NCBI GenBank assembly: GCA_046290465.1
Contig: JBKAGP010000001.1
Coordinates: forward strand, 5,408,001-5,472,000
Direction: 5' to 3'
Source of the DNA: Planctomycetota bacterium
GTDB lineage: Bacteria > Planctomycetota > UBA1135 > UBA2386
Length of the DNA: 64,000 bases
A program made the position numbers and the translations under genes. A model generated the notes under the pieces. It was given only the letters and a program-made list of their open reading frames with translations. It was not told where the DNA came from and ran no database searches. This document shows, piece by piece, positions 40,826-49,138 of the stretch; position 1 is the stretch's first letter, and each line of letters begins with the position of its first letter.

Positions 40826-43471
40826 TCACTCACGCGGCGCCCACACCAGGCGGAAGCCGGTATGCAGGCCGGCGGCTCCGGCATCGAGCGCACGTACGGC
40901 GTCGATGGCGAACGCGTCGGGGTGGCTGTCCTGCCACGATCCGCCAGCCAGCGGGCGAAGGGTCTGGCCTTCGTCGAGGAAGTCGTTGCACCACTCGGCT
41001 GCGCTGCCGGCCATGTCGAGTGCGCCGTACAGCGAGACGTCGAACGGGTACGAACGGATCGGCTCGAGGGTGGCGGTCGGGCGCGCGAATCGACCCTTGC
41101 ACCAGTGCGGCGAGAAGTAGTTTCCGAACGGATAGCGGCGGAACGACGGCGTGTTGACGGCGCCGGCGGCACGGCGCCACTCCTTGCGGGTGGGCAGGCG
41201 TGCCTCGTACGAAACGTCGAGGATGCGCAGTTCGTGGTTGCGGTTCCACCAGCGTGCGTAGCGCGCCGCGTCGTGCCAAGACACACCGACCACGGGATGG
41301 TCGTGCTCGGTCGTCGCCGGCAGTTCGTGGCTGCCGTGCTCGCGCTCCGTCCAGGGCGTGCGGCCGAGCGGCCGCGGTGGTTGCGCCAGCCGCTCTTCCG
41401 GGTCGCGCGAAGAGCTGTTGAGGAACGTCAGATACTCCCCGTTGGTCACTTCGCGTTCCTGCATGAAGACGCCCGGCCAGCGCCCGCGTGCGTCGGAGAC
41501 CCGGACGAATCCGGCAGGGGTCGTGCCGAGCGGCAGCATGCGGCCGCCGTATTCTCGGTGCAGGGCGCGTTCGGGTTCGCGGTACGGGACGACGACCGGC
41601 AGGGTCACCGTCTCGTGCTCGGGCATGCGGAGCTCGATGATGTACTCGCCGCGCTCGATCGGCAGCCGCGCGATCGGAGCCTTGCCGAGCAGGCTGGTTT
41701 CGTCGGGCCAAGGGATCCGGATCATGCGTCGGTCGCCGGCGAGGGCCTGCACTGGCTGCAGGGGTTCGTCGCGGCCGAGGTCGGCGGCTTCGACCGAACG
41801 GAACATGTGTACCTCGGCGCCAGGTGGGTCGCTGACGATGGAGATCTCGACGGCGCCCCGCATGCGGCGACGCTCGTCACCGTCGTGGTCGTGCAGCTCC
41901 GCCTGCTGCCGACAGAACGCGAACAGTGCGCGCCAGTCGAGCGAGGTGCGGTGATCCGTCCAGCGTTCGAACCAGAACCGTGCCCAGACCTCGTCGCCTT
42001 CGCGAGAGTCGGGATCGAGCTCCTCGGCGAGGTGCACCTTCTGGGCCAGCACCGCGAACAACGCATCCGTCGAACCCCAGTGCACCTCCCGGTTGATGCT
42101 GTGCCGCTGCAGGAACGCGAGCTCGTCCTCGCTCAGGAAGCGTTCGAGCCTGGCCTTCTCCAGCTGGTAGGCGCGGTCGGCGGCGATGCTGAACGCGGCG
42201 CGGCGTTCGCGGTAGGCGTTGATCTCGTCGCGCGCCTCCTGCAGCAGGTTCGCGGCCTGCTGGCGGCGATGCTGCTGGTCGCGGCGTTGCTCGATCCACT
42301 GCAGCACGACGACGAGCACGAGTGCTGCGGCCATCGCGGCGGCGGTCAGGACCGTGCCGCGGTTGCGGCGACACCATCGCGAAAGGCGACGTCCGCGGGA
42401 TGGCGGCGATGCGGCGACCGGACGCAGCTCGAGCACGGCGAGCAGGTCGCCGGCGAACGCCTGCATCGTCGCGTAGCGGTCGTCCGGCGAGGCCTCCATC
42501 GCCTTCTCCACGACCAGCGCAAGGTCGCGCGCGATGCCCGGATTGCGCTGGCGCACCGCCGGTGGTTCGCGGTGGCTCGCCTCCGCGGCGATCGACTCGA
42601 GCGTCGTGCCTTCGTATGGCAGGCAGCCGGTGAGCGCTTCGTAGAGGACCACGCCGAGCGAATAGATGTCGCTGCGGTGGTCGACTGCATCGCGTTCGCC
42701 GCGACGCTGTTCGGGCGATGCGTACTGCGGGCTCCCCGCGAACTCGATCGTGCGCGGCGGACCGTGCTCGAGCAGGTCGCGGGCGAGGCCGAAGTCGAGC
42801 AGCACCGCACGATGTTGCGGATCGATACGGATGTTCGACGGCTTGACGTCGCGATGCACGATGCCTTCGCCGTGGGCGATCTGGAGTGCCGTGGCGATCT
42901 CGTGGCACCACCGCACCGCGCGATCGACGCGCACCTGGTCGGTCGCCAGCACCTCGTCGAGGCTGCGGCCGGGCACCAGCTCCATCACCAGGAACCGTAC
43001 TCCGTGTTGCTCGCCGCTGCTGAACAGCGTGACGATGTGCGGATGCCGGAGCCGCGCCACGGCGCGTGCTTCGAGCTCGAACCGCTGGCGCGCGGTCGGC
43101 GAGCCGAGCAGGTCGCCGCGCACGACCTTGAGTGCCACGAGGCGTTGCAGCGACGGTTGTTCGGCGAGGAACACGGTGCCCATGCCGCCTTCGCCTAGCT
43201 GCTTCAGCAGGCGGAACTCCCCCAGCATCTCGCAGGGGAGGCCGTCGTCGGCCGGCAGCAGTCGTCCGTCGCCTTGCGTTCCGTCGTTTGCCCGCGCATC
43301 TCCGCCGAGCTGCTCGCAGATGCGTTCCAGCGCGGCGCGAAGCGCCGGGCCGGCGCCGTGGCGTCCGCAGAACGCCGCTGGCGGTTCGACGTCGCCGGCC
43401 AACGCACGGTCGAGCCATTGGTCGAACAGCGCGTCTTGGTCGGATGGGGGCGGCGAGGAGGACGAGGGCAT
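40826..43471 (-). CDS. Ser/Thr protein kinase with TM, PEGA-like and C-terminal FGE-sulfatase (SUMF1) domain
   Basis: LGEGGMGTV, VALK, HRDVKPSN, DFGLA, YASPEQ, SDIYSLG; later EVTN.EY..F, HPVVGVSW.DA, RLPT..EW and DMAGSAAEW. Confidence 0.93.
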   Translation of the reverse strand: MPSSSSPPPSDQDALFDQWLDRALAGDVEPPAAFCGRHGAGPALRAALERICEQLGGDARANDGTQGDGRLLPADDGLPCEMLGEFRLLKQLGEGGMGTVFLAEQPSLQRLVALKVVRGDLLGSPTARQRFELEARAVARLRHPHIVTLFSSGEQHGVRFLVMELVPGRSLDEVLATDQVRVDRAVRWCHEIATALQIAHGEGIVHRDVKPSNIRIDPQHRAVLLDFGLARDLLEHGPPRTIEFAGSPQYASPEQRRGERDAVDHRSDIYSLGVVLYEALTGCLPYEGTTLESIAAEASHREPPAVRQRNPGIARDLALVVEKAMEASPDDRYATMQAFAGDLLAVLELRPVAASPPSRGRRLSRWCRRNRGTVLTAAAMAAALVLVVVLQWIEQRRDQQHRRQQAANLLQEARDEINAYRERRAAFSIAADRAYQLEKARLERFLSEDELAFLQRHSINREVHWGSTDALFAVLAQKVHLAEELDPDSREGDEVWARFWFERWTDHRTSLDWRALFAFCRQQAELHDHDGDERRRMRGAVEISIVSDPPGAEVHMFRSVEAADLGRDEPLQPVQALAGDRRMIRIPWPDETSLLGKAPIARLPIERGEYIIELRMPEHETVTLPVVVPYREPERALHREYGGRMLPLGTTPAGFVRVSDARGRWPGVFMQEREVTNGEYLTFLNSSSRDPEERLAQPPRPLGRTPWTEREHGSHELPATTEHDHPVVGVSWHDAARYARWWNRNHELRILDVSYEARLPTRKEWRRAAGAVNTPSFRRYPFGNYFSPHWCKGRFARPTATLEPIRSYPFDVSLYGALDMAGSAAEWCNDFLDEGQTLRPLAGGSWQDSHPDAFAIDAVRALDAGAAGLHTGFRLVWAPRE

Positions 43472-43564
43472 CGCGAACCAGGAATGTAGCGCAGTTCGCG
43501 GATTTCCTGTCTGCGTCCGCAGCGGCCCCCGATCCAGCACGCAGACCTACCGAGGATTCCGACC

Positions 43565-45172
43565 ATGCTCCGCATCTCCTTCGTGGCCGCCCTGCTGGCC
43601 TGTTCGGCGCTCGCCCAGAGTCGCCCCTTCAACTTCGCGACCACCAACAGCCCTGCCGCGCCGTTCGCCAGCGGCGGCTATGGCGACAACATCACGGGCA
43701 TGGGGGATGTCGATGACGACGGCTTCGAGGACTACGCGGTGGTCGCGCCCGGCGCGGCGATGCCGCTCGGCGGGCTCGACCCGTTCGGTGTGATCTACGT
43801 GCACAGCGGCCGGGACGGGGCGCTGCTGGTGACCATGCTCGGCGACCAACTCGGTGCGGATCTCGGCAAGGCGATGGTGTCGCTCGGTGACGTCAGTGGT
43901 GACGGCGTGCCGGACCTGTGTGTCGGTTCGCCGAGCCACGACTTCGCGTTCGGTAATGCTGGCCGGGTGACCATGTACTCCGGCGCCGACGGTTCGTTGC
44001 TGTGGAGCAGCGACGGCGACGGACAGGGGCTCGAGCGGGGCACCTGCCTCGCAGCGATGCCCGACATCACCGGCGATGGTGTGCCCGACGTGCTCGCCGG
44101 CGAACCTGGATACAGCGTCGGCGGCCTCGGCCGTGGCCGCGCCGTGTTCCTCAACGGTGCGACCGGTGCGACCGCCGGTGAAGCGATCGGCCCGCTGGCG
44201 CTGTCCTCCTTCGGCACGACCTCGGTCGGTTCGACCAGCCAGCTCGCCGTGTTCGTCGGCGACGCAGTCGGTCGCGTCTACATGGTGCCAGCGCCAGTGG
44301 CGGGTCTCGCCGCGCCGACGCTGTTCCGCGACAAGCCGCCCGGCAGCCACGTCGCCGCGAACCTCGCCTTGGTGCCGAAGGTCTCCGGTGGGCTTCGCGT
44401 CGCGATCGCGCTGACGTCGGCCGACGTGAACGGCAACAACTCCGGCGCGTTGTGGCTGCACGAGCTCAGCGGCTTCGAGTTGTTCGAGCATGCCGGCGCC
44501 GTTCCGATCGCGTCACTCGGCGCGTCGGTCGCCCGATGCCACGACCTCGACGGCGACGGTGAGGACGAGGTCATGGTGACACGCGGCAACGGCGGTGCGT
44601 TGCCGGCCGTCGTCGAGGTGTTGCGGCAGGACGGCTCCATCCAGGAGACCATCACGACGACCTGTGCCGGTGCGCCGACCCTGTGGTCGATCGACGACAC
44701 CACCGGCGATGGCCGTGGTGAACTGATGATGGCCTACGCATCGGGCCTGTGTGGGCTCGCCGAAGCCTGGCTGTTCGCCACCGGTCTGGAGGTCTGCGCA
44801 GCGTCGTCCCCGGCGGGTGTCACGGCGTCGAGCACGATCGACTTCGGCGCGGCCCGGGCCGGCCAGGATTACTGGCAGCTGTTCTCGATCACCGGCACCG
44901 AGCCGGGCTTCGTCGGTGCAGGCTGGCCGCTGGTGCCGCTGAACATCGACGGCATCACGACGCTGGCGGATAGCCTGTCGGGGACGCCCGTCGCGCCCGA
45001 CACCGCGGGCGTGCTGGATGCATCGGGGCGCGCGACGACGACGCTGGACGTGCCGGCGTCGGTCGCCCCGTTCCTGTCGGGGCTGCCGTTCCAGACGGTG
45101 GCGGTCGTGCTCGATGGCACCGGGCTCGAGATCGTCGCGACCACGAACCCGGCCGGTTGGGTGATGCCGTAG
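43565..45172 (+). CDS. Secreted FG-GAP/integrin-alpha-like repeat protein
   Basis: Signal peptide; repeated GDV.GDG.PD..VG.P motifs and SG.DG.LL. Confidence 0.85.
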   Translation: MLRISFVAALLACSALAQSRPFNFATTNSPAAPFASGGYGDNITGMGDVDDDGFEDYAVVAPGAAMPLGGLDPFGVIYVHSGRDGALLVTMLGDQLGADLGKAMVSLGDVSGDGVPDLCVGSPSHDFAFGNAGRVTMYSGADGSLLWSSDGDGQGLERGTCLAAMPDITGDGVPDVLAGEPGYSVGGLGRGRAVFLNGATGATAGEAIGPLALSSFGTTSVGSTSQLAVFVGDAVGRVYMVPAPVAGLAAPTLFRDKPPGSHVAANLALVPKVSGGLRVAIALTSADVNGNNSGALWLHELSGFELFEHAGAVPIASLGASVARCHDLDGDGEDEVMVTRGNGGALPAVVEVLRQDGSIQETITTTCAGAPTLWSIDDTTGDGRGELMMAYASGLCGLAEAWLFATGLEVCAASSPAGVTASSTIDFGAARAGQDYWQLFSITGTEPGFVGAGWPLVPLNIDGITTLADSLSGTPVAPDTAGVLDASGRATTTLDVPASVAPFLSGLPFQTVAVVLDGTGLEIVATTNPAGWVMP

Positions 45173-45182
45173 CGGCGAAGGC

Positions 45183-45593
45183 CTACTCGGCCTTCAGCAG
45201 CTTGTCGATCTGCGACTGGATCGCCGGCTTCTTCTGGGTGTGACCGTCCTGCTTCCAGAGGACCTTGTCCTGGGCGTCGGTGATCACCATGCCGTGCTTG
45301 TCGAAGCCCAACTCCCGGATGTGCTCGGCCGCGCCGGGCGCGGTCGTCAGGAGGACCTCGAATTCCATCTTGCCGTCGTACTGTTCCGCGAGCTCATTCA
45401 CGATGCGCTCGACTTGGCCACAGAGGAATCAACCCTCGATGTTGTAGTACGTCAGCGTGAGCCTGCGAGCAGGCTGCGCGGGAGCTTCCGGCTTCGCGGT
45501 CGGCTCGTCGGCCGGGTTGTCGGTGACGGGTTCGCTGGTGCACGACGCGACGAACGCGAGCAGCAGCGCCCCGGAGAGGAGGTGCTTGATCAT
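45183..45593 (-). CDS. Thioredoxin-fold lipoprotein, probable selenoprotein (UxxC: U-F-L-C)
   Basis: ORF-track fragments 45429-45728 and 45183-45401 are in one frame: MIKHLLSGALLLAFVASC...LTLTYYNIEG(TGA 45431-45429)FLCGQVERIVNELAEQYDGKMEF... The TGA is at the first Cys position of a Trx CxxC. Confidence 0.88.
45389..45411 (-). promoter_or_regulatory. Putative bacterial SECIS hairpin
   Basis: The minus strand reads CGAGC-G-CAT-[CGTGA]-ATG-A-GCTCG; the loop is 26 nt after the TGA; TTCC/GGAA can form a lower stem. Confidence 0.68.
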
Positions 45594-45898
45594 CGTGGCA
45601 GGATACCGGGCCGCGTGCCGCGGCGCGTGCGTTGTTCGCCGCCGCGGCGATCGCGGCTCGGCCGCGCGGGCGTCAGCGGCCGCCGGCTTCGTCCTGGGCC
45701 AGCAGCGAACAACCCAGCAGCGAAGCACAGAGTGCCAGCAGGCACGGCAGCAGTCTCGTCGTCATCTCGTCTCTTCCTCGTGAGCCGAAATCGGTATCCC
45801 CAGTGCCGCGAATCCGCAGGTTTTCCGGTCGCTCCGATCGTGCGGTGCCCCCGTTCGTGGTTGCATGCTGCGATATGGCCCCGACACTGGAGTCCACG

Positions 45899-46351
45899 AT
45901 GCACAAGACCCTGTTGACCGCCCTGCTCGCCGTCGCGCTGCCGACGACCTCGCTGTTCGCCCAGGAAGACGCCAAGCCGGCGACGCCGCCGATCAAGGCG
46001 GAGATGAAGAAGTTCGACAAGGCGCTCGACGCCGTGATCGACTTCCTCGAGAAGCCGTCGGACAAGGCGCCGATGAAGGAGGTCGCCGCCGCGCAGGCCG
46101 CGCTGCAGGAGTCGAAGCAGCACCCGCCGCGCATCACCGAGCAGCAGCCGAAGGAGAAGCAGGCCGAGTTCGTGCGCAACTACCGGCTCGCGATGAACAA
46201 GATGCTGCGTTCGATGCTCGACCTCGAGGACGCGCTGCTCAACAAGGACTACAAGGCCGCCGAGAAGGCCGTCGACGAGATGGTTGCGCAGAAGAAGACC
46301 GGCCACCGCACGTTCAAGGGTCGCCGCCGTCGTCGCTCGTCGGGCAAGTAG
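45899..46351 (+). CDS. Cytochrome b562-like periplasmic four-helix heme protein
   Basis: Signal peptide; Met early in helix 1 (IKAEMKK) and His near the C-terminus (KKTGHRTFK) match b562 axial ligands. Confidence 0.75.
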   Translation: MHKTLLTALLAVALPTTSLFAQEDAKPATPPIKAEMKKFDKALDAVIDFLEKPSDKAPMKEVAAAQAALQESKQHPPRITEQQPKEKQAEFVRNYRLAMNKMLRSMLDLEDALLNKDYKAAEKAVDEMVAQKKTGHRTFKGRRRRRSSGK

Positions 46352-46424
46352 TCGGCCCGAATTGCATCCGGGGAACCGTTCCCCGGGGCGAAACACGCTG
46401 CGCGACGCGCCCGTTGCGACGTGC

Positions 46425-46901
46425 ATGCGTGACCTGCCTGACCCGTCGCCCGACACCCCGACGCTCGCCGGACTGCGCGCGTCGTTCGACCGCCTCGAGC
46501 CGACGTCGAAGCCGCGATGGGGGCGCATGAACGCGCCGCAGATGCTGCTGCACTGCCGCACGTTCGTCGACCTGTGTCTCGGCCGGGTGCCGGTCGGGCT
46601 GCCGGTCCGGCTGCTTGCGCGCCTGCTCGGTCCGATGTTCCTCCGGCGCATGCTGGCGAAGTCACCGAGGCAGGCGCCCAAGGACCTGACGACGCTGAAG
46701 CCGCTGCGCACCGGCGACGCGCAGGTCGACCTCGACGGCGCGCGCCGCGATCTCGCCGCGCGCTTCGACGAACTCGAAGCGCTGCCGGCCGAGCACCGCC
46801 ACCCGCTCTACGGCCGCATGCGCAAGCAGGACGTGATCGCGCTGGTGCGCCACCACACCGCCCACCACGCCAACCAGTTCGGCCTGCTGCCCGACGCCTA
46901 G
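46425..46901 (+). CDS. DUF1569 / DinB-like protein
   Basis: P.WGRMNAPQML.HC, HPLYG.M and HH.AHH..QFG motifs. Confidence 0.85.
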   Translation: MRDLPDPSPDTPTLAGLRASFDRLEPTSKPRWGRMNAPQMLLHCRTFVDLCLGRVPVGLPVRLLARLLGPMFLRRMLAKSPRQAPKDLTTLKPLRTGDAQVDLDGARRDLAARFDELEALPAEHRHPLYGRMRKQDVIALVRHHTAHHANQFGLLPDA

Positions 46902-46949
46902 CGGGCAAAGCCCCGTCCGCATGCGTACACGCCGCTTCTGCGATCACGG

Positions 46950-47283
46950 TTGGAAGCCAGGCGATCCTGCCGCGCAGCCGTTCCTGTTCCTGGATGCGCG
47001 CGTCGAGCGCGTGCAGGTGTCGGTCCAGCACGGCCAGCAGTTCGCCGTCGGGTCGCTCCAGGCACGCCGCGACCTCCTGCAGCGACAGGCCCAGCTGCTT
47101 CAGCGACGCGATGCGCTGCAGCCGGAGCAGGTCCTTGGGCAGGTAGTAGCGGTGTCCCGCGGCCGTGCGTCCGGACGGACGCAGCAGGCCGAGCTCGTCG
47201 TAGTGGTGCAGCGCGCGAACGGACAGTCCGGTCGCCCTGGCCACGTCGCCGACCTTGAAGCGGGTGGGTTGGCTCGGGTTCAT
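46950..47283 (-). pseudogene. MerR-family (TipA-like) regulator, apparently C-terminally truncated
   Basis: KVGDVARATGLSVRALHHYDELGLLRPS.RT.AGHRYY...LQRI..LKQLGLSL.E. The resemblance ends near 46950 and the frame runs on without a stop antisense through the DUF1569 gene to 46249. Confidence 0.7.
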
Positions 47284-47289
47284 GCGCAG

Positions 47290-47320
47290 ATGGTCCGACC
47301 TCACGTCGCGTGAGGAGCAA
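47290..47320 (-). promoter_or_regulatory. MerR-type promoter/operator (19-bp spacer) for the MerR gene
   Basis: TTGCTC-N19-GACCAT with the palindrome CCTCACG-N3-CGTGAGG (47299-47315) across the spacer; ATG is 6 nt after the -10 box. Confidence 0.85.
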
Positions 47321-47593
47321 GCGGGAAACGAGCGAATAGCGTAGCCTGGGGCGCGCGGTGCCCGGGATCGAGCCGGCGCAGGTCGTGGTACACGCCAACG
47401 GGGACGTCACCCCGCTCCTCGTCACGTTCTGATGCGCTGCGACGGGTCGGTTGTCCCCAGGCTGCTCACACACGTTCCCCAGCCGCGTCCGGCGCGCCGC
47501 AGCCGTCCGGCGACGAGCACGCAAGCTCGGGCTTCAACCGGCCAGGAACCGCTGGTATGGTCCAATCGAACCTCTGCTGAGGAACGGTCAAAC

Positions 47594-48220
47594 ATGGTCA
47601 ACACGCTCCTTTCGTCCGCGCGCGGCCTCGTCAGCTGCGCCGCGGCGTGTGGTCTGCTGCTGCTCGCCGGCTGCAAGACTCCCAACCCGGTCGACGTCGA
47701 CGCGACGTTCGTGACCACTTCCGAGTTCACGACGCAAAGCCCGTCGATCCTGTCGCTGCTGCCGATCGAGGATGGCACCAAGGACGGCTCGGCCGCGCGC
47801 CACCTGACCTACCTCCGTCAGGAGATCAACCGCCAGCTGCCCGACCGCCTGTACGCGCCGACGCGCCAGACCTGGGTCGATGCGTCGCTGCGCGGCGCGG
47901 TGCCGGCGGGCGAGTCGATCCTGACCCCGGCGACGCTCGCGAGCCTCGCCCGTTCGGGCAAGGACGACGCGGTGCTGGCCGTGCGCGTGGCCGAGTGGGA
48001 CGAGTCGGCGCTGATGTCGACCCGCAAGGTGCGCTTCCAGTTCGAGGCCGCGATGGTGGCCAGCGACGGCACGCCGCTGTGGAGCGGCACGATCCAGGGC
48101 CGCGTCAAGGCCGGTGGCGCCGGCGCGGCGCCGCTCGGGCGGGACGCCTCGGCGCGCAGCTGCGTCGAGCTGGCCGTGCACGAACTGCTGCTCCGTCTGC
48201 CCGATCGCAGCGTCCGCTGA
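47594..48220 (+). CDS. Lipoprotein (DUF799/GNA1162-like)
   Basis: Lipobox LAGC; P.ILSLLP...DAVL.V.V.EWD...G..LWSG pattern. Confidence 0.65.
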   Translation: MVNTLLSSARGLVSCAAACGLLLLAGCKTPNPVDVDATFVTTSEFTTQSPSILSLLPIEDGTKDGSAARHLTYLRQEINRQLPDRLYAPTRQTWVDASLRGAVPAGESILTPATLASLARSGKDDAVLAVRVAEWDESALMSTRKVRFQFEAAMVASDGTPLWSGTIQGRVKAGGAGAAPLGRDASARSCVELAVHELLLRLPDRSVR

Positions 48221-48314
48221 GACCGGATCGTCGGGGCGCCCGATCGGCTGGAATGGCCGGATTCGGCTCGGCCCGAGGGCTCCGGATGTCCGATGCACCT
48301 GGATGCCGGCGCAC

Positions 48315-48351
48315 TTCCCACGAGGACGTGGGTTTCCCACAAAGACGTGGG
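48315..48351. repeat. Two tandem palindromic 18-mers upstream of rpsO
   Basis: TTCCCACGAGGACGTGGG (48315-48332) and TTCCCACAAAGACGTGGG (48334-48351); each is CCCAC-N6-GTGGG. Confidence 0.8.
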
Positions 48352-48367
48352 GAAATGGGCGCCGCGC

Positions 48368-48397
48368 TTGCGGCCGGGGTAGGCACGTCGCTATCCT
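48368..48397 (+). promoter_or_regulatory. Putative sigma-70 promoter of rpsO-pnp
   Basis: TTGCGG-N18-TATCCT. Confidence 0.4.
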
Positions 48398-48523
48398 GCT
48401 GCCGCATTAACGGGCCAACTGGGCCCGAAACCTGCTCGTCCGGATCCGCCGGGCGGGCCGACCACGCCTCCGGAAGCCCTGTTCTGGAGCGTTGGTTCTG
48501 AAACCCTCAACGAGGACACAGGG

Positions 48524-48793
48524 ATGACCATCGAACGCGATACCAAGAAGCAGATCATCTCCGACAACCGCCGTCACGATACCGACAGTGGTTCGCCGGA
48601 AGTGCAGATCGCCGTGCTGACGGCTCAGATCAAGGAACTGACCGCGCACATGCAGCGCCACCCGAAGGACTACCACAGCCGTCACGGTCTGCTGGCCAAG
48701 GTCAACCGGCGCAACAAGCTGAGCACCTATCTCCGTCGCACCGACCCGAAGAAGCACGCCGAACTGGCCGCCAAGCTCGGCCTGCGTCGCTGA
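48524..48793 (+). CDS. rpsO: 30S ribosomal protein S15
   Basis: DSGSPEVQIAVLT..I..L..H...HPKD.HSRHGLL..V..R..L..YL...LGLRR; lies upstream of pnp. Confidence 0.98.
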   Translation: MTIERDTKKQIISDNRRHDTDSGSPEVQIAVLTAQIKELTAHMQRHPKDYHSRHGLLAKVNRRNKLSTYLRRTDPKKHAELAAKLGLRR

Positions 48794-49138
48794 ATCTCTC
48801 GGCCGACGAGCTCGAACGCGATCGATCTGCCTCGGGGTTCGCCACACCCCAGGAGACCCTCCTTTCGAACACATCGCGATCCTGCCGGCAGATGGCCGGG
48901 GGTCGCAACGACAGAACCCGATACCGCCACCGCCGCATCGTTTGCCGGTGGCCCCTCGCGCCAGCGACCGGAGATCCCGTCGCGGCGCCTCGCGATCCGG
49001 CCGAGATGACGCCGGTCGCACCAGCTGGCGAAGCGGGCAGGAGGTCCGCATCCCGATCGTGAGCCCCAGGTAGGGGCTGATCGGGGTTCGTCGGCGCTTC
49101 GACAACAGATCAAGAAGCAGAGAGAACCAAGAACCCAA

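Noticed and set aside
48398..48523. S15 autoregulatory leader RNA
   Set aside because: Plausible by position, but I could not identify a known S15 leader structure by eye.
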